A DNA stretch of 64,000 bases, taken from the NCBI GenBank assembly GCA_965228855.1, contig CBDDIJ010000003.1, positions 3,360,001 through 3,424,000 of the forward strand, given 5' to 3'. Below, piece by piece: positions 31,221 to 41,369 of the stretch. Below the pieces are notes generated by a model that ran no database searches, was not told where the DNA came from, and saw nothing but the letters and a program-made list of their open reading frames with translations. The DNA comes from Candidatus Obscuribacterales bacterium. GTDB lineage: Bacteria > Cyanobacteriota > Vampirovibrionia > Obscuribacterales > Obscuribacteraceae. The position numbers and the translations under genes are program-made. Within the stretch, counting starts at the first letter, position 1. The number at the start of each line of letters is the position of its first letter.

Positions 31221-31826
31221 TTATCCAGCCTGAGATGCGGAGGCATCACGCTCCTTTAGCTCGCCGACGGCTGCTTTTGCGAGTTTCGAATATTTTCTCT
31301 TTATTTCATCGAGCTCTTCTTGTGATTTCTCCTCTAGATCCATCACATCATTCTGGGCATCCCCTACGGCGCGAATCAACTCATCGAGTTTCAACTGAAC
31401 GGCTTCACTGTCTCGATTTTGAGTGTTCTGAATCAGAAACACCATTAGAAACGTGACAATCGTGGTGCCCGTGTTAATGACGAGCTGCCATGTGTCGTTG
31501 AATCCAAATATCGGACCGGTAACTCCCCACAAAACAATAATTCCGAACGCGATCAGAAAGGTGGAAGGCTGTCCCGTTCTTACAGCAACACGCCTGGCGA
31601 TGGAACCAAATATATCTCGTTTCTTCTCGTCAGATTCATCGGAGTCTTCTGGCTTCTGTCTTCTTGTCTCCATTTTCCGATCTTTCGACTTCTCACCAGC
31701 CTCGCCGATTCCATCGATATTTTCAGAGTCGCTTACCTTCGCTTTAGTTATGCTATCCATTTCAGAAATCCTTTTATCAACGTCAGGCGTTAGTTGTATA
31801 GCACCTGAAAGCTGATAGATGGACAT
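31221..31826 (-). CDS. Low-affinity iron permease (Fet4-like) family protein; true start probably internal
   Basis: DTWQLVINTGTTIVTFLMVFLIQNTQNRD...KLDELI signature. Confidence 0.9.
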   Translation of the reverse strand: MSIYQLSGAIQLTPDVDKRISEMDSITKAKVSDSENIDGIGEAGEKSKDRKMETRRQKPEDSDESDEKKRDIFGSIARRVAVRTGQPSTFLIAFGIIVLWGVTGPIFGFNDTWQLVINTGTTIVTFLMVFLIQNTQNRDSEAVQLKLDELIRAVGDAQNDVMDLEEKSQEELDEIKRKYSKLAKAAVGELKERDASASQAG

Positions 31827-31923
31827 TCTTCGCGCATTACGATCACAGAATAATCACATCAAAGGACCAAGCCGACGTTCATCAAATGCAAGCCCAACTG
31901 AAATCGCAATCAATTTCAAATGG

Positions 31924-31954
31924 AAAACGGGAGACAGCTATTACCGCCTCCCGC
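31924..31954 (-). terminator. Probable terminator
   Basis: CGGGAG...CTCCCG stem with a T-tract on the minus strand after the AKR stop. Confidence 0.55.
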
Positions 31955-31976
31955 TTATTTAGTCCATTAGCTTCGG

Positions 31977-32981
31977 CTACTTTGCCGCAGCTGGCTCTAG
32001 CTTCAACGAATCCAGATGTTTGTTGATTTGCTCGACTTCTTCTTTGGAGAGCTTAACCCGGTCTGCGATCATGTTTTCTTTGCACTGCTGGGCGTCGCGT
32101 GCACCAACAATTGCCGATGTTACACCCGGCTGAGCGATAGTCCAGGCGATAACCAACTGTCCGAGCGTCACATTGTGAGACTCGGCAATGGGTTTGATAT
32201 TTTCAAGGAACGCGTTGACGCGCTTGATGTTTTCCGGCTGAAAATGTTTTTCATTGGCGCGGTGATCGCCTTCTTTGAACTTTGCGTCCGGCTTGAATTT
32301 GCCTGTAAGCAAGCCGCGTTGAAGGGGACTGTAGACTATCACGCCGATGTTTTCCTTTCGGCAGTACGGCAGCACATCTTTTTCGATGTCGCGGAGAACC
32401 ATACTGTAGGGAGGCTGATCGGAGGCAATTGGACAGACCTTGCGAGCTCTCTCCATATCTTCGACAGTAAAATTACTCACGCCCGCCGCCTTGATTTTGC
32501 CCTCTTTCAATAGTTGGTTGAGCGCTTCCATGGTCTCCTCCACTGGAGTCGACGAGTCGCGCCAGTGGCACTGATAGAGATCGATATAGTCGGTTCCCAG
32601 ACGCTTGAGACTTTGTTCGCATTCATGAATGATGCTCTTTTTGCGAGCGTTGCGATAAATTGTTTTTGCGCCATTCTCCTCGTCGTCCCAATCGAAGAAG
32701 TGCTGACCTTCAGTGGAGTCCCATCGCAAGCCGAATTTCGTAAGAATCTGCACTTTATCGCGCTTACCTTTTATTGCCTTACCAACGATTTCCTCGCTGC
32801 GACCGTATCCATATATAGCTGCAGTGTCTATCGAGGTTGCACCACCTTCAATACTAGCGTGAATCGCTTCGATGGCGTCCGTCTCTTCTGCGCCGCCCCA
32901 CATCCAGCCGCCGATTGCCCAGGCACCAAAAATGATTGCGGAGACCTGAACATCGCTATCACCCAACTGTCGAACTTGCAT
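31977..32981 (-). CDS. Aldo/keto reductase
   Basis: GAWAIGG, DTAAIYG, DLYQCHW and YSPLQRGLLTG motifs. Confidence 0.95.
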   Translation of the reverse strand: MQVRQLGDSDVQVSAIIFGAWAIGGWMWGGAEETDAIEAIHASIEGGATSIDTAAIYGYGRSEEIVGKAIKGKRDKVQILTKFGLRWDSTEGQHFFDWDDEENGAKTIYRNARKKSIIHECEQSLKRLGTDYIDLYQCHWRDSSTPVEETMEALNQLLKEGKIKAAGVSNFTVEDMERARKVCPIASDQPPYSMVLRDIEKDVLPYCRKENIGVIVYSPLQRGLLTGKFKPDAKFKEGDHRANEKHFQPENIKRVNAFLENIKPIAESHNVTLGQLVIAWTIAQPGVTSAIVGARDAQQCKENMIADRVKLSKEEVEQINKHLDSLKLEPAAAK

Positions 32982-33054
32982 CCCAACCTCCTTCTCTAGT
33001 AGTTGAACCCAGTACCGCTGCTTGCGAACGTTCGCAAATGCGCGCGTGGTTTAA

Positions 33055-36000
33055 TCAATGACGGTCCGAATGCACCACATCCGGCTCAGTCTTCTCTTCA
33101 GTGTCTATGGATTTCTTCGGCGCATTTCCCGTTTTTTTGAAAAGGTGAGCGATCGAATCCTTTAGAACGTAAACAACCGGAACAACATACAAGCTCATGA
33201 TCGAAGAAACGATCATTCCGCCGCACACCGCCGTTCCCAGAGAGTGACGGCTGTTTGCACCAGCGCCTTCAGCGAAGACCAGAGGAATAATACCCATTAC
33301 GAAGGCGAAGGTGGTCATGAGGATAGGACGAAGTCGGATAGTTGCCCCCTGCACGACTGCCTCGTGAGCAGGAAGCCCTTCCCGCTTCAAATGATTAGCG
33401 AACTCGACAATCAGGATCGCGTTTTTACAAACCAAACCGATCAGCATCACAAGTCCAATCTGACAGAAAACATCGTTCTGCAAACCTCGAAGGTATTGGG
33501 CGGCGATGGCTCCGAAAAGTGCGGTAGGAACTGTCACGAGGATGATGACCGGATCAGAAAAGCTCTCGTATTGTGCAGCGAGTACTAAAAACACGAATGT
33601 GATACCGAGTCCGAACAAAATAATCGCTTGCGAGCCGGCCTCGATCTGTTCAAGAGAAATACCCGCCCAACGATACGTCATCGTGGCTGGAAGGACTTCA
33701 TTCGCCAGTTTTTCCATAGCCGCCATCGCCTGCCCTGAGCTGAATCCCGGTGCAGCGGATCCGTTGATCTCAGTTGCGCGGAAAAGATTGTAGTGGTTTA
33801 TGGATTGAGGAGCTGTGGTCTCTGACAACTTGACGAGGTTCGATAGCGGTATCATCTGACCGGACATGCTCGTGACGTAGAACTTCGTGATGTCGTTCGG
33901 ATTGGAACGGAATTTGCTATCAGCCTGCACGTATACGCGGTAAACGCGAGTACCGATGTCGATATCGTTGACGTAAAAGGAACCTATATAGGTTTGCAAC
34001 GTATCGAAAATTTCGGCAAGATTGACGTTGAGAGTTTTAGCCTTATTGCGATCAACCTCGACTTGCACCTGTGGACTGTTTGCTGCAAAGCCGGAAAACA
34101 CGCCAGCCAAGCCAGGCGTCTGGTTAGCTTTAGCACAAATTTCATTGGTTGCTTTTTCAAGGTCACCAATATTGGTACCACTCTGGTCCAGGACTTCAAA
34201 AACGAAACCACCGAAGTTTCCCAACCCTTCAATCGCAGGTGGATTGAACGGTATGACGCGAGCGTTGGTCACTCCCGCCAGCGGCCCGCGAACTCGATTG
34301 ATTATGGCGTCCAGGGATTGATCATGTCCGCGCCTGTGGTCCCATGGATGCAGGTTCGAGAACAAGATGCCGTTGCTTGGCTTATTGCCAGCAAAACTGA
34401 AACCAGCAACACCGAACGTTGAATGAATTTCGGGAATTCCCTCGAATATCTTCTCGACTTTCTTGATTGTCTCGACGGTGTAATTCAGCGAAACCCCCTC
34501 CGGGGCCTGAACGAGGGTAATGAAATAGCCCTTGTCCTCATCGGGAATGAAGGAACTCGGAACAAGCTGAAATAGATACCAGGTCGCTGCCATCGTGGCC
34601 ACGAATAAAATCAAAGCAAACGCTTTCAGTTTTAACGTCCATTCAAGCGTGACTCGGTATGCATCCTTTACAAGGTCCAGCAATTTGTTGAATGAACGGA
34701 AGAAAAAGTTGTTATTGGCTGCATCATGATCTTCGGCTTTGAGCCACAGAGCAGAAAGCGCCGGGGTTAGAGTCAATGCTGTGAATGCTGAGATCGAAAC
34801 AGAACATGCGATGGTCAAGGCGAACTGCTTATACAACTGACCGGTAGTGCCTGGAAAAAATGCGACCGGAATAAATACGGCGACAAGCACGAGAGAAATC
34901 GCGACAACGGCGCTTGCAACTTCACGCATCGCTTCTCTAGCCGCGTTGAACGCAGAAAGGCCTCTCTCCGCCATCAGCCGGCTTATGTTCTCAATTACAA
35001 CGATCGCGTCGTCAACCACAAGTCCGGTGGCAAGCACTAAACCGAACAACGTCAGGGTGTTGATTGAAAAACCAAGAGCTTGCATGCAAGCGAACGTTCC
35101 GACAAGCGAAACGGGAATTGTGAAAACAGGTATCAGGGTACTGCGCCAGTTCTGCAAGAAGACAAAAATAGTCAGAACGACAAGACCAATAGCCTGGGCA
35201 AGTGTAAACAGCACTTCGCGTATCGATTCGGTAACAGCGAGCGTCGTGTCAAAAGCATATTCATATTTGATACCAGGCGGCAATTTCTTTGCCAGACGAG
35301 CCATCTCGGCGCGCACGCCTTTTACGACCTCAAGGGCGTTCGAGCCCGGACGCTGCATGATGCCGATACCAACTGTTTCCTGTCCGCGATACCTAACAAT
35401 AGTTTGATAGTCCTCAGCGCCCAGTTCGGCTCGACCAATATCACTTAAGTGAATGATGGTGCCATCCTTGCCAGTCCGGATGATCAAGTCCTCAAACTCG
35501 GCTGCCGACTTCAATCGACCGAGCACACGCACGCTCATCTGATACATTTGACTTGATGGATTGGGCGGCTGTCCGATTTGACCGGCGGCGACCTGAACGT
35601 TCTGTTCTCGAATGGCGTTCACGACCTCTCGAGTTGAAACCTTATTTTGCGCCATTTTTCGAGGGTCTAGCCAGATGCGCATGCAATACTTTCGTTCACC
35701 AAATATGATGACATCGCCGACGCCGTTTACGCGCTTCAGTGCGTCCTTGATATATACATCGGTGTAATTGCTCAAGAATTGCGAAGTATATTTGTCACCA
35801 GGAGCGGTTAATCCGATCGCCAGAAGAAAGGCTGATGAGACCTTTTCGACCGCAACGCCGGTTCTGCGAACTTCGTCTGGAAGCCTTCCTTCAGCTTTAG
35901 CGACTCGACTTTGAACATCGACTGAAGCCAGGTCGGGATCGCGTTCCAAATCAAACGTAATACTGATCTGGGAAGTTCCGTCATTGCCGCTTGCCGATGT

Positions 36001-36237
36001 AATGTACTTGCCCTGCTGAATACCGTTGACTTGCTGTTCCAGAATGGTCGTGACAGCGGATTCCACGACTTGAGAATTGGCGCCGATGTAGTTTGACGTG
36101 ACAGTAACGCGCGGCGGCGCTACTTCCGGATATTGCGAGAGTGGCAAAATCGGAATACTGACGGCACCGGCAAGGACAATAATGAGCGCACAAACCGTTG
36201 CGAAAATCGGTCGCTTGATGAAGAAGTCTAGATTCAT
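33055..36237 (-). CDS. RND (HAE1) efflux transporter permease
   Basis: FFIKRPIFA, GLVVDDAIVVIEN, KNAILIVEFA and RLRPILMT motifs. Confidence 0.96.
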   Translation of the reverse strand: MNLDFFIKRPIFATVCALIIVLAGAVSIPILPLSQYPEVAPPRVTVTSNYIGANSQVVESAVTTILEQQVNGIQQGKYITSASGNDGTSQISITFDLERDPDLASVDVQSRVAKAEGRLPDEVRRTGVAVEKVSSAFLLAIGLTAPGDKYTSQFLSNYTDVYIKDALKRVNGVGDVIIFGERKYCMRIWLDPRKMAQNKVSTREVVNAIREQNVQVAAGQIGQPPNPSSQMYQMSVRVLGRLKSAAEFEDLIIRTGKDGTIIHLSDIGRAELGAEDYQTIVRYRGQETVGIGIMQRPGSNALEVVKGVRAEMARLAKKLPPGIKYEYAFDTTLAVTESIREVLFTLAQAIGLVVLTIFVFLQNWRSTLIPVFTIPVSLVGTFACMQALGFSINTLTLFGLVLATGLVVDDAIVVIENISRLMAERGLSAFNAAREAMREVASAVVAISLVLVAVFIPVAFFPGTTGQLYKQFALTIACSVSISAFTALTLTPALSALWLKAEDHDAANNNFFFRSFNKLLDLVKDAYRVTLEWTLKLKAFALILFVATMAATWYLFQLVPSSFIPDEDKGYFITLVQAPEGVSLNYTVETIKKVEKIFEGIPEIHSTFGVAGFSFAGNKPSNGILFSNLHPWDHRRGHDQSLDAIINRVRGPLAGVTNARVIPFNPPAIEGLGNFGGFVFEVLDQSGTNIGDLEKATNEICAKANQTPGLAGVFSGFAANSPQVQVEVDRNKAKTLNVNLAEIFDTLQTYIGSFYVNDIDIGTRVYRVYVQADSKFRSNPNDITKFYVTSMSGQMIPLSNLVKLSETTAPQSINHYNLFRATEINGSAAPGFSSGQAMAAMEKLANEVLPATMTYRWAGISLEQIEAGSQAIILFGLGITFVFLVLAAQYESFSDPVIILVTVPTALFGAIAAQYLRGLQNDVFCQIGLVMLIGLVCKNAILIVEFANHLKREGLPAHEAVVQGATIRLRPILMTTFAFVMGIIPLVFAEGAGANSRHSLGTAVCGGMIVSSIMSLYVVPVVYVLKDSIAHLFKKTGNAPKKSIDTEEKTEPDVVHSDRH

Positions 36238-36250
36238 CGTTCTCCTCGCC

Positions 36251-37477
36251 TTACGACGCAGGGCTGATTGGCGAGCCATCAGCCAGGTTCATAATTCCGG
36301 ATGTGACGATCTGGTCACCAGCGCTAACGCCGGTAATGACCTGGTATTCATTATCTTTGATAGGTCCGAGTTTGACCGCGCGCTGCGAGGCTGTCAATTT
36401 TCCATCGTTGCCTTTTTTGGCGACAAACACAAACTCCTGTCCACTAAATCGGCTCACGGCGGTGACAGGTATGGTAACGGCGTTCACACGCCCCCAGATA
36501 ATCCGGCAGTTAGCGGTCTGCCCGGAACGCAGTCGACCTGTAGCATTCGGCAACTCCGCTTTCACTAAGACGGTTTGTTGGTTCGAATCGACCTGACTGG
36601 AGATGAAAAAAATCTTTGCGGCCTCGACGGTTTTGCCGGTATCATCCACGATATCAGCCAGCAATCCGATTCGCAGCTTAGATGAAATCGACGTAGGCAC
36701 ATTTACATAAACTTCAAGAGGTTTCGTCTGGTCAACCGTCGTGAGGGTCGTTTCCGTCGTCACATAGTCACCGATGCGAACCGGGACGTCGCCAACCATT
36801 CCGGCAAACGGCGCTCTGACCGTATAGTACTTGAGTTGCTCCAGCTGCTCGTGTTTTGCCGCTTTAGCCTGGCTGATCAGTTTGGCAGCCCGCGCAACTT
36901 GAGCCTCCTGAGCGTTTATCTGTGCATCCACAGCTTCAAGTTCCGCACGACAGATGGAAAGGTTGTTGCCTTTTTCATCTTTGCTCTCAGCTGAAACAGC
37001 ACCGTCTTCCAGCAAAGCCTTATATCTCTTGAACTGGGTCTCGGCAAATTGCAGATTGGCAACCTTCGTCATACGGCTTGCCTTCAACGATTTGAGAGTC
37101 GCCTCAGCGTTCTTCTCCTCTGCGAAAGCCGACTCAATGGCGGCATCGGTATTCTCGACCAGCGTCTCCTGTTTGCTCTTGTCGAGAACCATTAGCGGTT
37201 TCCCGGCAGCGACAAGGTCTCCGCTTCGCGCGTTGATTTCGAGCAGCCGCCCTTCCACCTGCGGCTTTAGATTCACCGATTTACGAGACTTCAGGGTTGC
37301 AACGAAGGTTGACGCGTCATCTAAAGTTTTCTCAGAGACGGTCTGGAGTTGCACAGGCATCGCCGGTATAACTGGTGGCGCAGCAGTTTGCGCCGAAGGA
37401 GCGCAGCCCTGAAGCGCGATACAGTTCGCGAAAATTAAAGCTGATAGTGTGAACCACTTAAGGTTGAAGGATGCCAT
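36251..37477 (-). CDS. RND periplasmic adaptor (MFP), probable lipoprotein
   Basis: LQGC lipobox, lipoyl-like halves, coiled-coil hairpin and VRAPFAG motif; directly upstream of the permease. Confidence 0.93.
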   Translation of the reverse strand: MASFNLKWFTLSALIFANCIALQGCAPSAQTAAPPVIPAMPVQLQTVSEKTLDDASTFVATLKSRKSVNLKPQVEGRLLEINARSGDLVAAGKPLMVLDKSKQETLVENTDAAIESAFAEEKNAEATLKSLKASRMTKVANLQFAETQFKRYKALLEDGAVSAESKDEKGNNLSICRAELEAVDAQINAQEAQVARAAKLISQAKAAKHEQLEQLKYYTVRAPFAGMVGDVPVRIGDYVTTETTLTTVDQTKPLEVYVNVPTSISSKLRIGLLADIVDDTGKTVEAAKIFFISSQVDSNQQTVLVKAELPNATGRLRSGQTANCRIIWGRVNAVTIPVTAVSRFSGQEFVFVAKKGNDGKLTASQRAVKLGPIKDNEYQVITGVSAGDQIVTSGIMNLADGSPISPAS

Positions 37478-37660
37478 ATTCGGCGCCTCGCTGGGAAGCC
37501 CGGTACGAAAAGTATACAGCGGCTGGCTGTCGTTATGATCGGGATGTTAATTGGATTTTTGCCAGGATTTGTGCCAGTTTCGCAACCTTTGCCACAGTCA
37601 TTTTCTCCAAATGGCGCCAAGAATGTACAATTACGGTTTCTTTCTCCACGGTTTCGCAAC

Positions 37661-38932
37661 ATGCGGACAGTAATGCGGAAGCCTCACATACACCTTCAAA
37701 ATTCAAAGAATTCCGCTACAACCACGGATACAATCGACAGCAATCGTCGTTTCGAACGAAACGAGCTGACCTGGACCGGCTACCTTTTATATGGATACTG
37801 GTCGTACTTGTGGGCAGCATTTGGCGCATTCGTGCCGTTCCTGATTTCCGAATTCAAGATAGACTACGCGACGGCAGCTTTGCACTTCAGCGCTCTGGCC
37901 TTCGGTCCGTTTGTCTCGGGATTCTTTGGCGATAAGATTATTCGAGGCTTGGGTTTAGCCAAAACCATCAAGCTCGGAATTGTGATAATGCTCGGCGGAG
38001 CCCTGCTCACCATAACCGGACGAGAACTCTGGTGCACCATATCCGGTGCGCTACTGATTGGCTTTGGCGGCAACATCATGAGTCAATCGCTCACATCATC
38101 AATGTCGGAACGCTTTGGAAAAGAACGCGCCATCGGTATATCCGAAATTCAATTGATTGGCAGCGTGTTCACCCTGCTCGGTCCGCTCGTAGTCAGTACG
38201 GTCTGCAAGTTCGGACTGGGTTGGAGAAACGCGCTCGGGTATTCATTGGTCGCCGCCTTGCTACTTTTGGTCGTCTGTCGTAATTCGTTGAAACAACTGC
38301 CCACGGCATCAGAACAGAAGAAAGCAGCGCAACTCTCATCCAGATTGTCACCAACCTACTGGCTGTTTTTCACAGTTATATTTTTCAGCGTTGCCAGCGA
38401 GTGGTCGATCGCATTCTGGTGCCCGGAATTCCTTGGTAAAACGTTCAATCTTTCCAAACCAGACGCCGCTTTCGGCATGAGCCTCTTCGTGTCGGCAATG
38501 ATCGCAGGCCGAATGCTCGGGCCGAGACTACTGAAATACATTTCGGAATCAAAACTGCTTGCAACGTCGGCAACGCTCGCCGCTGCAGGCTTTCTAGCCT
38601 TCTGGCTGGCACGAGATCTGCCTGTCAACTTGATTGGTCTATTCATTCTTGGACTGGGCGAATCGAATGTTTATCCGCTTTGTTTGTCTCAAGCGATTGC
38701 CTCGAGCTCTGGCACGGTAGAAAAAGCAGCCGCTCGCATGTCACTAAGCACGGGCAGCGCCATCCTGCTAGCACCTCTCCTTCTGGGTATGCTGGCTGAC
38801 AAAATCGGCATAAAAAATTCGTATGGCATGATTGCATGCAGCCTGATTTTGGCAGCTATCTCAGTCGTAATAGTTCAAACATTCGCCATGAAACAAAAAG
38901 GCGAAGCACCGGCTTTGCAAACTGCGACTTAG
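37661..38932 (+). CDS. MFS transporter (start uncertain)
   Basis: About 12 hydrophobic helices; GFFGDKIIRGLG motif-A-like segment and LLGMLADKIG. Confidence 0.9.
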   Translation: MRTVMRKPHIHLQNSKNSATTTDTIDSNRRFERNELTWTGYLLYGYWSYLWAAFGAFVPFLISEFKIDYATAALHFSALAFGPFVSGFFGDKIIRGLGLAKTIKLGIVIMLGGALLTITGRELWCTISGALLIGFGGNIMSQSLTSSMSERFGKERAIGISEIQLIGSVFTLLGPLVVSTVCKFGLGWRNALGYSLVAALLLLVVCRNSLKQLPTASEQKKAAQLSSRLSPTYWLFFTVIFFSVASEWSIAFWCPEFLGKTFNLSKPDAAFGMSLFVSAMIAGRMLGPRLLKYISESKLLATSATLAAAGFLAFWLARDLPVNLIGLFILGLGESNVYPLCLSQAIASSSGTVEKAAARMSLSTGSAILLAPLLLGMLADKIGIKNSYGMIACSLILAAISVVIVQTFAMKQKGEAPALQTAT

Positions 38933-38972
38933 GACTGCAACGTAGAACTGCAACGTTGTACAGCAACGTTGG
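38921..38972. repeat. 13-bp tandem repeat x4
   Basis: ACTGCGACTTAGG ACTGCAACGTAGA ACTGCAACGTTGT ACAGCAACGTTGG. Confidence 0.75.
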
Positions 38973-38982
38973 AATTTTGCAA

Positions 38983-40758
38983 TCACCTGGTTTCGCTTAC
39001 CGAGCTTACCTCGCCAAGCCCCGTCTCACCGACCGCCCTGATTCTAAAATAGTATGAGGAGTCTACGTTCAGTGAGTGCAGCGCTTGCTTAGTGTCATAC
39101 ACAAGTATGGAACTGTACAGCTTGTCCGGCTTAACACCGAAGGTTACTTCGTAAGCGTAGGCGTTGGGAACTTTGTCCCAGGTAAGCATTACATTGCGGC
39201 GGTCCGAATCATTGCGCACAACGTTGAAGTTATCTACACTGGCGGGCACCGCGCCTGGTGCTCGCCCAAAAACGCGAAGATCGCTAATGGCAAAGTGTCC
39301 AGTCGGCATTTCTAGATTTACGAGTTTGAGAAATTGCGTACGAACCGGCTCGGACAGTTCCACATAATCGTGCGGGACGTCCCTGGTGTTTTGACTTTTG
39401 TCGACCAACAATGTCCAATCTTTCCCATTCTCAGACTGGAAAATTTGATAGCGATGTTTCACTCCGAGATGTTTTTTTCGAAATGCGACGGCCTCGTCTG
39501 CATAGTTTATTTGTATGGCGTGAACATCGCAAGGCTTGCCGAGGTCGACTGCGAGAAACTGGTCATCATCTCCACTGGGCGCGGTCCAGTAGGTTTTAAT
39601 ATCCTCATCGAAAGCAAGGGCGGTATCACTAAAATGCTGTGATGCCCATGATTTTTTCTTATAAGAGAGCAGCGTCCAGCCCTTAAAAGTTTGCTGTTGA
39701 TTGCGTTTTCCGGTCGCGAGGGTCTGAGGGTAATCACCGAATGCGGTGTTAGCCCACATGACGCCATCCTTATCGACTCCGGCAGGAAATAAACCAAGGC
39801 GACGCTCAAAGGTCTGCTTTACGCTGATGACCATGGTGGCGACGTGCCAAAGATTGTCGAACCGGTCAGTGAATGTAGAACCGTGACCTGCACCGCGGGC
39901 GAAACCAGTCGGCTTCCAGGAAAACGGATTGTGCTCCTGATATGTAAACGGTCCAAGCGGCTTATCGGAAACGTAGACGCCATCACCATAGACATTCCAT
40001 TCGGTTCCCGGCGCACCATACTGCAGGTAGTACTTTCCGTTAACCTTATTGACCCAAGCACCTTCCATGAACGGATCCATCTTGCCATTCTGGTTGTCTT
40101 CACCGAACTGCTCCCAACCGTGCTTTTTCGGATCGAGCTTCAACAACTCAACGCGATTTCCAATCGCTTTATAGCCATTATCAGGATCAAGCTCGACGCC
40201 ATAGAGCGGATACAAATTGCTTGACCCCCAGTAAAGATAAAGCTTACCGTCATCGTCTTCGAAGAAACTGGGATCCCATGCCTGAATCGGAAATTCTTTG
40301 ACAGCCTCGGTCCATTTATTGCCAGCCAGATCCGTACTCAAGTACAGAGGCATCGTGTCTTTCTCCGTGAAACACGGCAAAAACAGGACGCCTTTTTTCG
40401 TTGGCCAGGCGCCCGGCGCGCAAACATCGTCCATGGATGCGTTCTGTTTAAAATTATGAGGAATAAAGTTCCAGGTAGCCATGTCGTTTTTCGAGCACCA
40501 GTATCCCTCCTGGTTCGTTGAAAACAGGAAGTACTTTCCTTTGTACATGAAAGCGACGGGGTCAGCAGTGGACCGATGATTCAAGCGCTTGTCACGAGTA
40601 TGGAGTTCGAAATCGTAATCCAGGTTCATCGGATTGCAGAAGGTAGTCGGCACTTCCAGTACTTTTGGTTTCGCCAGTGCTGGAGACGAAGAAAGGGAGA
40701 CTAGAACGACGGTAGATAAGAGCGTCTTATTTATTGCTGACAATCGCATGAAAACCAT
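38983..40758 (-). CDS. Secreted GH43 glycoside hydrolase with F5/8C (CBM32-like) and FN3 domains
   Basis: Signal peptide; TADP, WDPSFFEDDDGK, EGAW and GAGHGS motifs; C-terminal discoidin and FN3 patterns. Confidence 0.9.
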   Translation of the reverse strand: MVFMRLSAINKTLLSTVVLVSLSSSPALAKPKVLEVPTTFCNPMNLDYDFELHTRDKRLNHRSTADPVAFMYKGKYFLFSTNQEGYWCSKNDMATWNFIPHNFKQNASMDDVCAPGAWPTKKGVLFLPCFTEKDTMPLYLSTDLAGNKWTEAVKEFPIQAWDPSFFEDDDGKLYLYWGSSNLYPLYGVELDPDNGYKAIGNRVELLKLDPKKHGWEQFGEDNQNGKMDPFMEGAWVNKVNGKYYLQYGAPGTEWNVYGDGVYVSDKPLGPFTYQEHNPFSWKPTGFARGAGHGSTFTDRFDNLWHVATMVISVKQTFERRLGLFPAGVDKDGVMWANTAFGDYPQTLATGKRNQQQTFKGWTLLSYKKKSWASQHFSDTALAFDEDIKTYWTAPSGDDDQFLAVDLGKPCDVHAIQINYADEAVAFRKKHLGVKHRYQIFQSENGKDWTLLVDKSQNTRDVPHDYVELSEPVRTQFLKLVNLEMPTGHFAISDLRVFGRAPGAVPASVDNFNVVRNDSDRRNVMLTWDKVPNAYAYEVTFGVKPDKLYSSILVYDTKQALHSLNVDSSYYFRIRAVGETGLGEVSSVSETR

Positions 40759-40860
40759 ACTCGCAATTGGGAGTTATCCATGCGATTTTAAACGACTGGA
40801 AACCAAAATACCCGTATACTATCGACATCAAAAACCCCGTGGATAGCCAGGAGAAGCCAA

Positions 40861-41352
40861 GTGAAGCGTTTTGTTGTCATGTCGTTAATTGCATTAAGTG
40901 TAGCGATTCCAGGAGCAGCGGTTTTGGCACCATATGCAATGGCAGGTGAAGCACCGCCAAAAACAGTTTTTAAAGACAAGACTCAGCGCGCAAAACTTTT
41001 AGGTAAACACATGTTGTCGCTGCAATGGTTGCAATTCCAAAAAGCGATGTATGGGACAGCGACCATTGAAGACAGAGGCGGGGTGCTGTACTTGAAAGGC
41101 GAGCAAGTTAATAAAGGCAAAGAAAAGGGATATTTGAAAGTCGAGGGCCGAATCACGGAAGTCGGTAAAAATTCATTCAAGTTTAACGGCACAATCAAGA
41201 CCAGCGTCAGTCACATCAATAACGGCGAAGAGTGTGTGCGTGAAGGAGACATGAACTTTCTTGCCAAGGGAGCGCGCAAGTACTGGCGCCTTCAGGAGAT
41301 GAAAAGCCCTTGCTCTGAAGTCACCGACTATGTCGATGTGTACTTTCACTAA
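40861..41352 (+). CDS. Hypothetical secreted protein
   Basis: GTG after an AGGAG RBS; signal peptide; LSLQW, YWRLQ and DYVDVYF motifs. Confidence 0.8.
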   Translation: MKRFVVMSLIALSVAIPGAAVLAPYAMAGEAPPKTVFKDKTQRAKLLGKHMLSLQWLQFQKAMYGTATIEDRGGVLYLKGEQVNKGKEKGYLKVEGRITEVGKNSFKFNGTIKTSVSHINNGEECVREGDMNFLAKGARKYWRLQEMKSPCSEVTDYVDVYFH

Positions 41353-41369
41353 AGTTGAGCAGAAAGTTC

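Noticed and set aside
31843..31858. ATCAC-N6-ATCAC 11-bp-period repeat
   Set aside because: Oriented away from the neighbouring minus-strand gene and lacks a -10 at the 10-nt spacing.
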